Assembly (NCBI GenBank): GCA_029821495.1
Contig: JALGTG010000002.1
Location: 1 to 62,982 of the forward strand
DNA from: Candidatus Hebobacteria bacterium
GTDB taxonomy: Bacteria; Armatimonadota; Hebobacteria; Hebobacterales; Hebobacteraceae
Direction: 5' to 3'
Length of the DNA: 62,982 nt
Shown: piece after piece, positions 29,651 through 38,957 of the stretch
Layout of the letters: each line of letters begins with the position of its first letter
How positions within the stretch are numbered: the stretch's first letter is position 1
Notes under the pieces: generated by a model
What the model was told of the DNA's origin: nothing
What the model saw: only the letters and a program-made list of their open reading frames with translations
Database searches by the model: none
Position numbers and translations under genes: made by a program

Positions 29651-31429
29651 ATGCTGCGGAGAGCATTGGTCTGGGCGGTGCTGTTGGTAGTGCTGAGCGT
29701 GGTGGCGGCGTGGGGGGCAGGGGAGTGTAGGTTCGTGGTGATGGGCGACAACCGACCGCAGTGGGGAGGCGAGGACATAGTCACTCCCTCACCGATATAC
29801 CAGAGGTCCATAGAGGAGGTGAATCTCCTGCGACCCGAGTTTGTCCTCATTGTGGGGGATTTGATCTACGGATACGACTCGGACATGGATCTGATAGCGA
29901 GGGAGTGGGACGCTTTCGATAGGGCGGCCGCGCAGTTCGAGATGCCGGTGTATCTCATCGCCGGGAATCACGACATCTGGGACGGTCCCAGCGAGGAGAT
30001 GTATCAGCAGCGGTACGGCCCGCTCTGGTACAGCTTCGATGTGAAGGACTGCCACTTCGTCGTGCTCGACTCTGAGGACCAGACTGCTCCACAGAAGATC
30101 GCGGGGGAGCAGTTGGACTGGCTGAGAGCGGACCTCGCGGCGGCGAAGGGAAAGCGCATCTTTGTGTTGCTGCATCAGCCGCTGTGGGCGGAAGAGGCCT
30201 ACCCCGAGAGCGGGTGGTCGGACAAAGTGCACCCTCTGTTGGCGGATGCCGCGGTGGACACGGTGTTCGCGGGACACTGGCATCACTATGAGAAGAGGCC
30301 GACGCGGGACGGTGTGCGCTACATCATAACCGGCGGCGCGGGTGCGGAGATCGGTTCGATGGCAGTGGCAGGCGACTTCTATCACTATCTGTGGGTTACC
30401 GCGCCGCCGGCCGGCGAGGGCGCGGCGCGACTGGCAGTCCTCCGAACGGGGCACGTGGAGGCGGAGGATGTGGTGACCACCGCCGTACGGGAGGCATGGG
30501 GGCAGCTCAGCGGGCAGCTTGGCCTTGGAACGATAGTGGCGAGCGATGGCGAGACCACTGTGGAGAGACTGCTCGAATTGCGGAACCCGTTCGACCAACC
30601 GCTGACCGTGGAGCTGAGCTTCGGTGACGCGACGGGGTGGTCGGTGACACCGGCAAGGGCAGAGATCACCATCCCGCCGAGAGAGCTGGCCAGAGTCCCG
30701 GTCAGTGTCGCCGTTGATCCGGCCTTGGCCGAAGGAGGGTTGGCGTACAGCGTGCTCTTCCGACTGGCCGAGCGCGGGGAGCTGAGGCACGAGTCCGTCC
30801 TGCGGGCAAGGGTGTCGGTTGGCTCAGTCAGGATGGCGGCGGCACGCGTTGACGGTTCGCTGCAAGAGTGGACCGGAGACCCGACGATCAGGATTGACCG
30901 GGAGGCCCAGCTTGTGATGCGGCCGGAGCTGTGGGGCGGCCCGGAGGCGTGCTCGGCGGTCGCCTGGCTCGGATGTGATGATGAGAATCTCTATGTGGCG
31001 ACGCGGGTCAGGGATCCGAGTCTGGACCCGTGGGCGGAGGGTGAGCACGCCGCCACCGGCGACTCGCTTGAGATCTACCTGGATGGCAGACCCGAGGGCG
31101 AGCTGGGGAGGGGTGCGTACGCCGAAGGGGTCACGTACCTGGTAGTGCATCCGGGCCTGGAAGGGGAAGCGGCCAGGATCGCGTATCAGGAGGCGCGTTT
31201 CACGGATCTGCCGGGCGTGGAGGTGGCTTCCCGCCTAATCGCTGATGGCTACGAGATGGAAGTAGCGATCCCGCTGAGTAGCTTCCCCGATTGCGGGGGT
31301 GTAATCGGCTTCGATCTAGCGGTGAACGACAACTCCGACCCCGGCGGCCGGGTCCAGTTGATGTGGGCGGGGACGGTTGACAACTGGGAGGATGCGAGTG
31401 GGTTCGGGTTGGTGAGGGTGACGGACTGA
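29651..31429 (+). CDS. secreted calcineurin-like metallophosphoesterase fused to a C-terminal CBM9-like domain
   Basis: Signal peptide at ATG 29651 (MLRRALVWAVLLVVLSVVAAWGA). Phosphoesterase motifs GDNRP, GDLIYG, GNHD, LLHQP and GHWHH. C-terminal module VDGSLQEWTGDP..LYVATRVRD..GDSLEIYLD..GFDLAVND. Confidence 0.8.
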   Translation: MLRRALVWAVLLVVLSVVAAWGAGECRFVVMGDNRPQWGGEDIVTPSPIYQRSIEEVNLLRPEFVLIVGDLIYGYDSDMDLIAREWDAFDRAAAQFEMPVYLIAGNHDIWDGPSEEMYQQRYGPLWYSFDVKDCHFVVLDSEDQTAPQKIAGEQLDWLRADLAAAKGKRIFVLLHQPLWAEEAYPESGWSDKVHPLLADAAVDTVFAGHWHHYEKRPTRDGVRYIITGGAGAEIGSMAVAGDFYHYLWVTAPPAGEGAARLAVLRTGHVEAEDVVTTAVREAWGQLSGQLGLGTIVASDGETTVERLLELRNPFDQPLTVELSFGDATGWSVTPARAEITIPPRELARVPVSVAVDPALAEGGLAYSVLFRLAERGELRHESVLRARVSVGSVRMAAARVDGSLQEWTGDPTIRIDREAQLVMRPELWGGPEACSAVAWLGCDDENLYVATRVRDPSLDPWAEGEHAATGDSLEIYLDGRPEGELGRGAYAEGVTYLVVHPGLEGEAARIAYQEARFTDLPGVEVASRLIADGYEMEVAIPLSSFPDCGGVIGFDLAVNDNSDPGGRVQLMWAGTVDNWEDASGFGLVRVTD

Positions 31430-31444
31430 GGCCGGAGCGGCCCG

Positions 31445-32524
31445 CTAGAGGTGCTCTTCCTTGCCCCTGCGCTCGATCTCGTCGAGGGCGTCGCGGAGAT
31501 CCTGCGCGGCGTCCTCGCGGACGACGAGGAGGGCGTCGTCGGTGTCCACTATGACGTAGCCCTCGACGCCGACGGTGACGACGAGCCGGCCGGACTTGGC
31601 CACGACGAAGCAGTTCGAGCTGTTGACAGCTACGTGGTCTTCGGGGCGGGCGCCAAGGATGCCCCGCCGGCGGGCGATCTCCTTCACCGAGCGCCAGTGA
31701 CCCACGTCGCTCCAGTCGAGCGCGGTGGGGACGACCGCCATGCTCTCCTCCCGCTCGGCGATGCCGTAGTCCATGGAGATGGACGGGAGGTCGCGGTACA
31801 CCTGCTCGACCAGGCCGGGTGTAAGCTCGTCGGCCTTGGAGAGCTTGCGCATTGCCTCGGCCAGCTCGGGGATATGGGCGGCGCACCGGTCCATGAGGTG
31901 GTCGGCACGGAAGATGAACTGCCCCATGTTCCAGTAGTAGCCGCCGTGTGCGAGATAGCGCTCGGCGGTCTGGTCGTCAGGCTTCTCCGTGAAGCGCTCG
32001 ACACGGTAGGCGCCGCTGGACGGCTTGCTGAGGCGCTTGCCTCGTTGGATGTAGCCGTAGCCGGTGTCGGGGTGGGATGGCATGACGCCGAGCACGACGA
32101 TGAACCCCTCGCCGGCCGCCTCGACTGCTGTCCCGATATAGTCGCAGTAGGTGATCGGGTCGCCGATGTAGCTGTCTACGGGGGTGGCGACCACGACGGC
32201 CTCGGGGTCGGCGCGGAGGATGCGAGCGGCGGCGAGGGCGGCGGCAGGGGCGCTGCTGCGGCCGACGGGCTCGCCGAGGACGTTCTCTGGAGGCACCTTT
32301 GGGAGCAGGCTCTGCGCGAGGGGGACGTGTTCGGCATTGGTGACTACCCAGACGCGCTCGGGCGCGGCGATGGGACGCACGCGCTCATATGTATCGAAGA
32401 GCATGGTGCGGTCCGAAAGGAGGGGCTGGAACTGCTTTGGCCGGCTGCGGCGAGAGATGGGCCACAGCCGCGCGCCGATCCCGCCGGCCATGATGACGAC
32501 GTGAGTGTTTCCCTCGGCGGCCAT
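31445..32524 (-). CDS. manC: mannose-1-phosphate guanylyltransferase
   Basis: Start at the internal ATG 32524 (MAAEGNTHVVIMAGGIGARLWPISRRSRPKQF) with AGGAGG upstream. The longer ORF (to 32914) overlaps the pmm gene. Confidence 0.9.
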   Translation of the reverse strand: MAAEGNTHVVIMAGGIGARLWPISRRSRPKQFQPLLSDRTMLFDTYERVRPIAAPERVWVVTNAEHVPLAQSLLPKVPPENVLGEPVGRSSAPAAALAAARILRADPEAVVVATPVDSYIGDPITYCDYIGTAVEAAGEGFIVVLGVMPSHPDTGYGYIQRGKRLSKPSSGAYRVERFTEKPDDQTAERYLAHGGYYWNMGQFIFRADHLMDRCAAHIPELAEAMRKLSKADELTPGLVEQVYRDLPSISMDYGIAEREESMAVVPTALDWSDVGHWRSVKEIARRRGILGARPEDHVAVNSSNCFVVAKSGRLVVTVGVEGYVIVDTDDALLVVREDAAQDLRDALDEIERRGKEEHL

Positions 32525-32528
32525 AGTG

Positions 32529-33947
32529 CTAGCCTCCTGAGAGGTCGAGGGCCATGTCTCGCCCCGCTTCGAGGAGCCCTTGGAGATCGTTCTCGCTGCG
32601 CGCTTCGGCATACATGCGGAGGAGTGGCTCGGTGCCGGAGAGGCGAAGCAAGACCCAGCTTCCGTCCTTGCGGATGCACTTCGCTCCGTCGAGCTGGTTG
32701 ACGCGTTCGACCGGCACACCGGCGATGGCGTCGGGCTCCAGGGATGGAAGCGCCTTCCGGATCTCGTCGCTCTGGCGCGGTTCGAGCGGGCGGTCGATGC
32801 GTCCGAAGTACATCCGCCCGCCGACGAGGGAGAAGACGTCTGCGAGGATGTCGCGGACGGGCTTGCCCTCATAGGCCAGCGCCTCGCAGGCGGTGAGCGC
32901 GGCGAGGGAGCCATCGCGGTCGGGGATGTGTCCCTTGATGCCGAATCCGCCGCTCTCCTCGACCCCCAGGATGATGTCGTCCGACTTCGCCATGTCGGGG
33001 CCGATGTTCTTGAACCCGACGGAGGTCTCGGTCACGGTGCAGCCGTAGTGATCGCAGAGACGGTCGACCATGGAGGTGACGTTGAGCGAGCGAACGACGC
33101 GGCCGCGCCAGCCGCGGTTCTTGAGCAGGTGGTAGAGGATGAAGACGATGGCGCGCTGGATGTCGATGTACTCGCCGTGGGCCATCATGCCGAGGCGGTC
33201 GCCGTCTCCGTCAGTGGCAAGCCCTATGTTGACATCGGGGTCGGCGGTGAGGGGAATGCTGGGCTCGAGGTTGGGGCCGATGGGCTCGGGATGCTGCCCG
33301 TCGAAGGTTGGGTCGGGGTCTGTGCGCAGAGCGCGGATGGCCGCACAGCCGGCGCGGCGGAGGGCCTCGTCGAAGTACCCAATTCCAGCGCCGTGCATGA
33401 GGTCGGCGACGACTGTGAGCTTGGCGCGTCCGATGGCCTCGCGATCCACGAGCGAGAGGATGTGGTCCAGGTAGGCGTCGCGGACATCGAAACGCTCGTG
33501 CTCGCGCGGAGGTGCGGGGTCGGCCGGCTCCTCCTCAAGTATGCGGTTGGCCTCCTCCCCGATCCACTTGGCGTGAGCCGTCGGTAGAGAGGCCCCCTCG
33601 GAGTTCTTCACCTTGAAGCCGTTCCACTCGGCTGGGTTGTGGCTGGCAGTGAGGACGACTGCGCCGGCGAGCTTGTTGGTGATGGTGTAGTAGCAGACGG
33701 CGGGAGTAGGGGCATAGTGCGCGGCGAGGCGGGTTGCCACACCGCACTCCGCAAGCTCGTTGGCGACTGCGCCCGCGAACCTGTCGCCGAGGAAGCGCGT
33801 GTCGTGCCCGATCGCAACCGGGGACTGGCTCGGCTGCTGCCTGAACCACCGGCCGGTGGCGCGAGCGACAACTCGGACGTTGCCGAAGGTATAGTCCTCG
33901 GCGAGCAATGCCCGCCATCCCTCTGTGCCGAAGCGAATGCGATTCAT
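32529..33947 (-). CDS. phosphomannomutase/phosphoglucomutase
   Basis: Active-site TASHNPAEWNGFK, metal loop ATDGDGDRLG, four-domain length (472 aa). Confidence 0.9.
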   Translation of the reverse strand: MNRIRFGTEGWRALLAEDYTFGNVRVVARATGRWFRQQPSQSPVAIGHDTRFLGDRFAGAVANELAECGVATRLAAHYAPTPAVCYYTITNKLAGAVVLTASHNPAEWNGFKVKNSEGASLPTAHAKWIGEEANRILEEEPADPAPPREHERFDVRDAYLDHILSLVDREAIGRAKLTVVADLMHGAGIGYFDEALRRAGCAAIRALRTDPDPTFDGQHPEPIGPNLEPSIPLTADPDVNIGLATDGDGDRLGMMAHGEYIDIQRAIVFILYHLLKNRGWRGRVVRSLNVTSMVDRLCDHYGCTVTETSVGFKNIGPDMAKSDDIILGVEESGGFGIKGHIPDRDGSLAALTACEALAYEGKPVRDILADVFSLVGGRMYFGRIDRPLEPRQSDEIRKALPSLEPDAIAGVPVERVNQLDGAKCIRKDGSWVLLRLSGTEPLLRMYAEARSENDLQGLLEAGRDMALDLSGG

Positions 33948-33948
33948 C

Positions 33949-34935
33949 TCATTCCATCCCCAGGTCCAGCATATCTTTCAGGCTGAGCATGCCCTGGACG
34001 CGGCGCTCCGAATCCACGACGGGCATGTCGCCGATCTTGTATTCCTGCATCAGACGCAGAGCTTGGACGGCCGGCTCGTCCGCTCGGGCGATCTTGGGGT
34101 CCCGAGTCATCACCTGGCGAGCCTCCCTGGCCAGGGCATCGCCATCGGAGAGCAGCACCCGGCGGACGTCGCCGTCGGTGATGATCCCCGAGAGACGGCC
34201 CTCTGAGTCCAGGACGGCTGCGGCGCCCGCGCGCGCGCTTGTGATCGCGAAGAGCACGTCCCGCAGGTGCGTATCCTCCGACACGGTGGCAGCCGCATCA
34301 TCTCGGCGCATGAGGTCGGCAACATGGTTGCCGGCCGTGCGCCCGAGCTGGCCACCGGGGTGGAGAGCGGCGAAGTCCTCGCGGGTGAAGCGGCGGGCGG
34401 TCATCACGGCGGCGGCCAGGGCATCGCCCATGGCGATCTGGGCCGTCGTGGAGGCGGTGGGGGCGAGGCCCAGCGGACACGCCTCGCGCTCGACAGACAC
34501 GTTTATGGTGACTTCGGCCTGGTCGGCGAGGGGGCTGTGCTCGCGGCCGGTGAAGGCAATGATCGGGACGCTGATCCGCACCATAGCCGCGATGATGACG
34601 GCGAGCTCATCGGTCCAGCCGCTCTGCGACAGGACTATCAGCACGTCGCCTGAGGCCACCATCCCGAGGTCGCCGTGCAGCCCCTCCGCGGGATGAAGGA
34701 ACAGGGATGGGGTGCCGGTGCTGGCGAGGGTGGCGGCGAGCTTGCGACCGACCGCTCCGGACTTCCCCATACCGGTTACCACCACGCGGCCGGAGCACTC
34801 GAGTATCAGCCCCACGGCGCGCGCGAAGTGGTCGTCTATACGCCCCTGGAGGGCGCGCACGGCATCCGCTTCGATAGCGATGGCCTCCCTCGCGCTGGCA
34901 AGGGCCTGCGATAGGTCGTACTCGCGATCAGCCAT
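33949..34935 (-). CDS. kpsF: arabinose-5-phosphate isomerase (KpsF/GutQ family; SIS plus CBS pair)
   Basis: SIS motif VVVTGMGKSGAVGRKLAATLASTG and a C-terminal CBS pair. It is tightly stacked with pmm and manC. Confidence 0.9.
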   Translation of the reverse strand: MADREYDLSQALASAREAIAIEADAVRALQGRIDDHFARAVGLILECSGRVVVTGMGKSGAVGRKLAATLASTGTPSLFLHPAEGLHGDLGMVASGDVLIVLSQSGWTDELAVIIAAMVRISVPIIAFTGREHSPLADQAEVTINVSVEREACPLGLAPTASTTAQIAMGDALAAAVMTARRFTREDFAALHPGGQLGRTAGNHVADLMRRDDAAATVSEDTHLRDVLFAITSARAGAAAVLDSEGRLSGIITDGDVRRVLLSDGDALAREARQVMTRDPKIARADEPAVQALRLMQEYKIGDMPVVDSERRVQGMLSLKDMLDLGME

Positions 34936-35051
34936 GGGCGCTCCAACTCGGGTATCACAATTCTGCCCGTGGGGCCGCGCTTCCTGTGCCCTTTGCTCGC
35001 AGAGGTGTCACCGTGGGCTCACGCGCGGCCGGTGAAACAAGCGCCAGTCGT

Positions 35052-35584
35052 TCAGCCGTCCTTACGCGCCCAGTCGTAGGGAATGTCGTTGTCGTGTGGG
35101 TCCACGCGGCACTCGTCGGGAGCGTCGTACTTGTAGACTTGATCGGGAAGGTTGAGGACGATTGCGGGTCTCTCCCCGATGCACTTCCACCCGTGGTACA
35201 CACCCACCGGCACCTTGACGAGCAGACGGCGCCGAGGAAGATTTCGTTCACGACTCCCTGGGTCTCGGACTGCGGGCGAGCATCATAGAGGGCGAGCTTG
35301 ATCTCGCCCGACAGGCAGCAGACCATGTCGGTCTGGCGTTCGTGGTAATGCCACCCCTTCACGACTGCGGGGTAGGTGGTCGTCATGTACGCCTGGCCAA
35401 AGCTGGCGAACTCGGCGTCGTCGGAGCGCAGGATTTCGGTGAGCACGCCGCGCTCGTCGGGGAGCATCGGCAGGCGGCGCACCTTTACACCCTCGATGAG
35501 GCGCTTCTCGCCGGGGGTCGCACAGCGGACCCCCGGCATGGGCAGCTCACCGCGCCATTCAAAACCTGGTCCATGTGGGTTCAT
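35052..35584 (-). pseudogene. RmlC-like cupin sugar epimerase (dTDP-4-dehydrorhamnose 3,5-epimerase family) with a frameshift
   Basis: The N-terminal part is in one frame (IEGVKVRRLPMLPDERGVLTEI..VKGWHYHERQTDMVCCLSGEIKLALYDAR..VNEIFLG). The C-terminal part continues in another frame (RLLVKVPVGVYHGWKCIGERPAIVLNLPDQVYKYDAPDECRVDPHDNDIPYDWARKDG, stop 35052-35054). The total span of 533 nt is not a multiple of 3. Confidence 0.7.
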
Positions 35585-35734
35585 AGCTGCTGTTGACCCC
35601 TCCTGCGGTGTGTTTCGGCTGACGGGAGCGCGTGTCCTGCCCAGAGCCGGAGAAGACGGGATGGGGCGCGTCTCCAGCGATGGCGAGTTGGGTGGCGTCA
35701 AGGATGAAACCGCGGCGCGGGGGCATGGGAGAGA

Positions 35735-35821
35735 TGGTGCCGAGGCGGGGAGTCGAACCCCGACGGGCAAAAGCCCACTAAGTCCTGAACCTAGCGCGTC
35801 TACCAGTTCCGCCACCTCGGC
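35735..35821 (-). tRNA. tRNA-Leu (anticodon CAG), long variable arm, CCA encoded
   Basis: Reverse complement reads GCCGAGGTGGCGGAACTGGTAGACGC..CTAGG-TTCAGGA-CTTAG..variable arm..CGGGG-TTCGACT-CCCCG-CCTCGGC-A-CCA. Confidence 0.9.
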
Positions 35822-35959
35822 ACTCGCCGGCTGTATTGTATGGAATCGCCTGAGCTGCGTCAAGGCCGTGGTCCGAGAGAGGCCTGGGCGGGGCTTGCCA
35901 CATCTGCGGGGCGGGCGTATAATCGCGGCGGCAGAATGACAGTCTGACGGAGTCTGCGT

Positions 35960-36160
35960 ATGTTGGCCTTGTTTGGCACCTTCGGGGGCCAAGAGATAGT
36001 CGTCATTCTGATTGTCGTCCTCCTGCTCTTCGGTGCGAAGCGTCTTCCGGAGCTGGCCCGGTCGCTGGGCCAGGGGATCAAGGAGTTCCGCAAGTCGGTG
36101 AAAGAGGTCAGCGAGGACGCAGACAGCGACGAGTCGGGGTCTTCTCCCAAGTCCTCGTGA
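35960..36160 (+). CDS. tatA: twin-arginine translocase subunit TatA/E
   Basis: 66 aa with a TM helix plus amphipathic helix (FGGQEIVVILIVVLLLFGAKRLPELARSLGQGIKEFRK) and an acidic tail. Confidence 0.9.
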   Translation: MLALFGTFGGQEIVVILIVVLLLFGAKRLPELARSLGQGIKEFRKSVKEVSEDADSDESGSSPKSS

Positions 36161-36179
36161 CAGGAGGTGGAGGGAAGAG

Positions 36180-36368
36180 ATGCCGTGTCCGCACTTCTCG
36201 CGGGAGAGCGGCGAGTGTACCTTGCTCGACAACGCGCCCGAGGATGAAGAAGAGCCGGTCGAGTCGCCTCTGGACGAGCCGGTGAACCGCGAGTGGTGCT
36301 TGGCTGCGGGCGAGGGCTACCGGCGGTGTCCCATCTTCCGCAGGCTCTTGGACGAGCTGACTCAGTAG
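36180..36368 (+). CDS. small acidic four-cysteine protein (hypothetical)
   Basis: 62-aa ORF starting 20 nt after tatA, with GGAGG upstream. It has paired motifs CPHF..C near the N-terminus and C..CPIF near the C-terminus around an acidic linker. I recognise no family. Confidence 0.5.
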   Translation: MPCPHFSRESGECTLLDNAPEDEEEPVESPLDEPVNREWCLAAGEGYRRCPIFRRLLDELTQ

Positions 36369-36399
36369 TGTTCCTCCGGGGTGGGGATCGGCCTGAGCC

Positions 36400-36430
36400 T
36401 TGACATTTCTGTTCTGGTTATGTTACTTTT
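36400..36430 (+). promoter_or_regulatory. candidate promoter of the cold-shock gene
   Basis: Perfect TTGACA at 36400-36405 in an AT-rich patch. The downstream -10 candidates (GTTACT, TTACTT) are weak. This would give an approximately 50-nt 5' UTR before csp. Confidence 0.3.
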
Positions 36431-36481
36431 CGCCCGGCCGCTTCGCGGATCAAGCAGGAGCCGGACCAAGGAGGTGCGCCG

Positions 36482-36682
36482 ATGGCGAGGGGACGGGTGA
36501 AGTGGTTCAACCCCCAGAAGGGCTACGGCTTCATTGAAGTCGAGGAGGGTCGGGACGTATTCGTGCACTACTCGGCCATCAAAATGCCCGGATTCAAGAC
36601 GTTGGAGGAGGGCCAGCAGGTTCAGTTCGACCTGGAGGACGGTGATAAGGGGCCTCACGCAGAGAACGTGATGCCTGCATAG
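36482..36682 (+). CDS. cold-shock protein (CspA family)
   Basis: RNP1 KGYGFI, RNP2 VFVHYS, 66 aa, strong SD AAGGAGG. Confidence 0.95.
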   Translation: MARGRVKWFNPQKGYGFIEVEEGRDVFVHYSAIKMPGFKTLEEGQQVQFDLEDGDKGPHAENVMPA

Positions 36683-36724
36683 ATCAGCCGGGCTTGACTG
36701 GGTCCTTCGAAACCGCTTGACCGC

Positions 36725-36752
36725 CGCCCCGGCAGTGACGCCTGCCGGGGCG
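36725..36752. terminator. bidirectional terminator-like hairpin between convergent csp and ykgJ-like genes
   Basis: 11-bp perfect stem CGCCCCGGCAG / CTGCCGGGGCG with a 6-nt loop. Confidence 0.6.
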
Positions 36753-36806
36753 CCACTCCATTTCAGGGTCCTCTCGGGATGCACGGATCCTTAGGCCGAC
36801 GGCGGG

Positions 36807-37607
36807 TTATCTGCGCGCGCATCCCTTCTTGCGGAGGGGAGTAGGGAGGCGCGCCTGCTTGAGTATGAGCGCGGTAAGGTCGCTAATCCGCTCCCCGCCC
36901 TGAGCCCGGCGCAGAAGCTGGACGCGCATGCCCTCAACGGCCTCTCCCCCGAGCGCGGCGGCCCCGAGGCGCTCCGGCAGGGAACGGAAGCAGAACTCCT
37001 GGAGGACAACCTCTTGCGGCAGCAGAGCGGTGTCGAGGTGTGCGACCCGAGCCGCAATGGCATCGCCGTCAACGCGGGCGGGGCAGCCCTTTGCATCGCG
37101 CACGCGATCGCAGCTCACCAGGGAACGCTGTACGACCTCTTCGGGGATGTCAACGCCGAAGAGGCGGAGCCGCTCTGCCTCCTGCCGCGCCGCGAGCCTG
37201 GCCTCCGCCTCGGCCCGGTCACGGTCCTGCGGCGGGACGAGGCCGAAGAGGCGGCAGGCGAGCGGCCTGTGGTCGTAGATCAAGCAGTGCGATGACTCGA
37301 GGAAGATGCACGTTCGGCCGGGCTCGATCCAGGAAAAGAACAGCTCTCGGAATGCCCGGAAGATGAAGGTGCTCCCGCGGCGGCCCGTCATCTTCGCGAG
37401 CACGTCTACGAGATGCAGATACTCGGTGAAGAACACGCCTGGGCTCTCGAAGCAGCACCGCGCGCAGTTCTCGCATGTAGTCTGCGGGAAGTCCTCGTAG
37501 ATCCGCACCAGGGAGTCGAACAGCCTGGACCTGCTCGCCCGCCGGAGCATCCTAGCCAGGTCGGCCTGGTCGGAGGAGGAGGCGGAGGTGGGCCCGGGTC
37601 GAGTCAC
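36807..37607 (-). CDS. YkgJ-family cysteine-cluster protein (CxxCxxCC zinc/iron-chelating domain)
   Basis: Motifs CENCARCCFE and CIFLESSHCLIYDHRPLACRLFG. ATGA overlap with the upstream mtaD stop. Confidence 0.8.
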   Translation of the reverse strand: MTRPGPTSASSSDQADLARMLRRASRSRLFDSLVRIYEDFPQTTCENCARCCFESPGVFFTEYLHLVDVLAKMTGRRGSTFIFRAFRELFFSWIEPGRTCIFLESSHCLIYDHRPLACRLFGLVPPQDRDRAEAEARLAARQEAERLRLFGVDIPEEVVQRSLVSCDRVRDAKGCPARVDGDAIAARVAHLDTALLPQEVVLQEFCFRSLPERLGAAALGGEAVEGMRVQLLRRAQGGERISDLTALILKQARLPTPLRKKGCARR

Positions 37608-38905
37608 TGCACCAGCCGCTTGAGCCGCTCTCCCACCTGGCGGTAGATCTCCTCCTCGTCGAGCGTCTGGAGCTGACGGTCCAGCATGAGTGGCCGACCG
37701 TTAACGAAGACGGTGCGCACGTCTCCCGCCCGGGCCGCGTACACCAGATGTGAGATGATGTCGTGGCGTGGGAAGAGGTGGGCCTGGTGAAAGTCGAGGA
37801 GTATGACATCGGCCTTCATGCCGGGCTCTATGCGACCCACTCGGTCGTCGATGCCGAGCGCCTTGGCCCCGCCGCGCGTTGCCATCTGGAGCGCCTGCTG
37901 TGCAGTGACGACGGTCGGGTCACCGGCATCGAGCTTGTGGATCAGCGCGGCCAGTCGCGCCTCCTCGAGAATGTCCAGGTTGTTGTTGCTGGCGGCGCCG
38001 TCGGTGCCCAGCCCGATCACTGCGTTCGCCGCGAGGAGACGGCGGACGGGGGCCGTTCCGGAGGCAAGCTTCATGTTGCTGCCCGGATTGTGAGAGATCC
38101 CCACGCTCTTCTCGACGAGCGTGGCAATGTCGGAGTCGGTGAGGTGCACGCAGTGCGCGGCCAGCACGGGTGAGACATCGAGGAGGCCGATATCGGTGAG
38201 CCGCTCGACAGGAGTCTGGCCGAAGTCGCGGAGGCTCTCCTCCATCTCCTGTTTTGTCTCGGAAACGTGGATGTGTATGCCGACCCCGGCCTCGTGCGCA
38301 CCCTCGATGACGCGGTCGAGGAGGTGGTTGGGGCAGGTGTAGGGCGCGTGGGGGCCAAGCATGGTTACCAGCAACCCGTCTCCCCTATCCTTCCACTCCT
38401 TCGCGAACGCGATGGCGTTTTCGAGTCGCTCCCCAGCATCCGGCAAGAAAGCGAGCAGGACGCCGGAAACATTGGCGCGGATGCCGCTGTCGAGCGCGGC
38501 GCGGGCGGTCGCCTCGAAATAGTGATACATGTCGTTGAAGCACGTGACGCCGGCGCGGATCATCTCGGCGATGCCCAGCAGGCTGCCCCAGTAGACGTCG
38601 TCCTCCTCCAGCTTCATCTCGAACGGCCAGATGCGCTCCTCGAGCCAGGGCATGAGCGGCATTTCGTCGGCGTAGCCGCGCAGTAGGGTCATGGCGCAGT
38701 GGGTGTGGGCGTTGATCATGCCCGGCATGGCAACCATCCCATCAGCGTCGATGGTGCGCGTCCCATGCTGTTCCCGCGGCGCGTCGCCGGCGGGCCAGAC
38801 GCCGGCGATGTCCGTTCCCTCGATCAGGATGTCCGCCTTGGGCAGCACCGTCGCGTCATCGTCCATCGTGACGACAGCTGCGTTTCTGATCAACCAGCTT
38901 GCCAA
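37604..38905 (-). CDS. mtaD: 5-methylthioadenosine/S-adenosylhomocysteine deaminase (amidohydrolase)
   Basis: Motifs MPGMINAHTHCAMTLLRGYADEMPLMPWL, HVSET and GTDGAASNN. Confidence 0.9.
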   Translation of the reverse strand: MASWLIRNAAVVTMDDDATVLPKADILIEGTDIAGVWPAGDAPREQHGTRTIDADGMVAMPGMINAHTHCAMTLLRGYADEMPLMPWLEERIWPFEMKLEEDDVYWGSLLGIAEMIRAGVTCFNDMYHYFEATARAALDSGIRANVSGVLLAFLPDAGERLENAIAFAKEWKDRGDGLLVTMLGPHAPYTCPNHLLDRVIEGAHEAGVGIHIHVSETKQEMEESLRDFGQTPVERLTDIGLLDVSPVLAAHCVHLTDSDIATLVEKSVGISHNPGSNMKLASGTAPVRRLLAANAVIGLGTDGAASNNNLDILEEARLAALIHKLDAGDPTVVTAQQALQMATRGGAKALGIDDRVGRIEPGMKADVILLDFHQAHLFPRHDIISHLVYAARAGDVRTVFVNGRPLMLDRQLQTLDEEEIYRQVGERLKRLVQ

Positions 38906-38957
38906 TCGATTGCCTCCGTGTGATATCTCGTCGTCGCTGGGTCGCCCAACCGCGGCA

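Noticed and set aside
34955-36232. 425-aa minus-strand ORF.
   Set aside because: It is a composite. It covers the out-of-frame tail of the frameshifted RmlC-like gene, its genuine N-terminal part, tRNA-Leu and the antisense of tatA. Only the cupin part looks coding.
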